Shown here piece after piece: positions 62,642 to 63,973 of a stretch of DNA of 63,973 bases. The stretch's first letter is position 1, and each line of letters starts with the position of its first letter. Origin of the DNA: Nitrospirota bacterium (GTDB taxonomy: Bacteria; Nitrospirota; Thermodesulfovibrionia; Thermodesulfovibrionales; SM23-35); the NCBI GenBank assembly GCA_013388435.1, contig JACAFE010000030.1:1-63973 (forward strand). Direction: 5' to 3'. The notes beneath the pieces are model-generated. The model was given only the letters and a program-made list of their open reading frames with translations, was not told the DNA's origin and ran no database searches. A program made the translations under genes and the position numbers.

Positions 62642-63973
62642 ATGAATGAAATTCTTATAAAATTTCTCAAATCCAATCCAATTATTGAAAAATATCATTT
62701 AACTAATGATGAAATTTCTGAGCTTGCATTTTTTCTTAGAAAATACTGTATTTCTGAATATATAAAAGATGTTGTTAAAATGGTTGAAGATGTAATTAGC
62801 ATTGACCCTGAACTTAACTGGAAAGACATATTAGGTGAAGCAGCGAAAAGGATTACTGAATTTCTTCATGCTGAAGCTGCTTCGATAAGAATATTCGACC
62901 CAAAAACTGAAAATCTCGTTGCTTTTGGCTCGTATAATTTTAAAGAAATAAGCAGATTGAAAAGCATCCCTGTAAATAAAACCGTTGCAGGGACAGTTAT
63001 AAAAAGCGGCCGCAGTTATCTTGTCCCAGATATTATGAATGAGCCAGCATATGCAAACAAAGATATAGTTAAAATTTATGGTTTTAACTCCTTAATGGCA
63101 GTGCCTTTAAATATTCCTGGATTCTTAAAAAATGAACCTGATATACCCGGCGCAATCCAGATTTATTATAAAGAAAAAAATCGTGAATTCGACCCGCTCG
63201 AGGTTTCAAATGCTGAATTAATGGCACGGAGAGTAAGTTATGTTCTTGCAAAAAAGAGAATTATTGACCTTCAAAAATTAAATCAGCAAAAAGAAAAAAT
63301 AACAGAAAAAATATTTGTAAAACTCAGCCACAGGGAAGGCATTAAACTCAAAGATGTTTTCATGACAATGATTCCTGAATTGGTTGACATATTGCTTATC
63401 CAGAGCTGTTCGCTTTTTTCTATAATGCCTGACAGAAAGCATGTTAAAATTGAGCTTGAATATCCGATTGGTCAGCAAAGTCATGATATAACCTGTCTTT
63501 TTAAAATAGAAGAGCATCCTTATTTTGACGCTCTGATTAATTTTCAAGGAGCCCGTGTTGATAATGAATATGAACGCATAGAATCTTCATACATTCTCAT
63601 TAAAGACCCCTTGAACAGTTCTTTATCAAACGACGAATTAAAAAAATACGCATTAAAAAATAATGTAAACTCTGTCCTTCTTATCCCTCTTAAAGCCAAT
63701 GAAGACATAAATTATTTCCTAATTTTCTACGCTATAGACAGAAGGCAGGAGTTTACTGAAAATGAAATAGAGCTTTTAACTTTTTTCGGCAAAGAAATTA
63801 TGAAAGCTTTAAGGATGGAAAAACTTGATGACGTGCTTCATGATTTTAAAAATCCTGCGATCGCAATAGGAGGTTTTGCCAAAAGAGCGATTAGATTACT
63901 TCAAAACAGTGATCTAAATTCAACCAAAAATAAAATAAATGAATATCTTGAAATAATATCACAGGAAGCTTTA
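62642..63973 (+). CDS. GAF-GAF sensor histidine kinase, truncated by the window end (absent from the ORF track)
   Basis: Open frame from the ATG at 62642 to the edge. Two GAF-like segments (SLMAVPL, SVLLIPL), then the H-box LHDFKNPAIAIGGF. Confidence 0.85.
   Translation, partial: MNEILIKFLKSNPIIEKYHLTNDEISELAFFLRKYCISEYIKDVVKMVEDVISIDPELNWKDILGEAAKRITEFLHAEAASIRIFDPKTENLVAFGSYNFKEISRLKSIPVNKTVAGTVIKSGRSYLVPDIMNEPAYANKDIVKIYGFNSLMAVPLNIPGFLKNEPDIPGAIQIYYKEKNREFDPLEVSNAELMARRVSYVLAKKRIIDLQKLNQQKEKITEKIFVKLSHREGIKLKDVFMTMIPELVDILLIQSCSLFSIMPDRKHVKIELEYPIGQQSHDITCLFKIEEHPYFDALINFQGARVDNEYERIESSYILIKDPLNSSLSNDELKKYALKNNVNSVLLIPLKANEDINYFLIFYAIDRRQEFTENEIELLTFFGKEIMKALRMEKLDDVLHDFKNPAIAIGGFAKRAIRLLQNSDLNSTKNKINEYLEIISQEAL

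Noticed and set aside
746-63547. Short antisense or nested ORFs in the track (for example 746..943, 1576..1887, 2754..2939, 4393..4749, 6049..6303, 23175..23381, 26144..26485, 46590..46913, 56872..57279, 61744..62070, 63278..63547)
   Set aside because: Nearly all lie within or opposite well-supported genes (2754..2939 is intergenic). They have no motifs or SD and show typical shadow-frame composition.

Overview
An AT-rich bacterial chromosomal segment made mostly of housekeeping genes. Gene content and order suggest an anaerobe of the Nitrospirota/Thermodesulfovibrionia or Desulfobacterota type; this is inference, not a database result. From left to right it holds: the 5' end of a 16S rRNA gene (minus strand, cut by the window edge) with an abnormally long V1 arm; a form IV RuBisCO-like protein and moeA; ispE-tRNA-Gln-prs-rplY-pth; a PriA lacking its ATPase motifs; an orphan B12/radical SAM enzyme; glgP and queE; a 1388-aa PPDK-like protein lacking the pyruvate/PEP domain, next to gap; pgpA-thpR-recA-pilT-recX-alaS; nadA; def-fmt-rpe; thrS-infC-rpmI-rplT-pheS; rpmE-prfA; hflX-ahbD-like-hemE-hemH; rnfCDGEAB; a secreted beta-carbonic anhydrase; and a GAF histidine kinase running off the right edge. 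The strongest signal is rnfB. The ORF track splits it in two, but it is one reading frame with an in-frame TGA exactly at the first Cys of the N-terminal Fe-S motif, followed by a bacterial-SECIS-like hairpin, so it is a probable selenocysteine-ligated RnfB. Other notable items: hflX and infC both need non-AUG starts, a roughly 40-60 bp dispersed repeat occurs at least 7 times and usually begins at a gene's stop codon, and one ORF is a sensor/GGDEF deletion chimera. No transposase, integrase, prophage or CRISPR array was seen.
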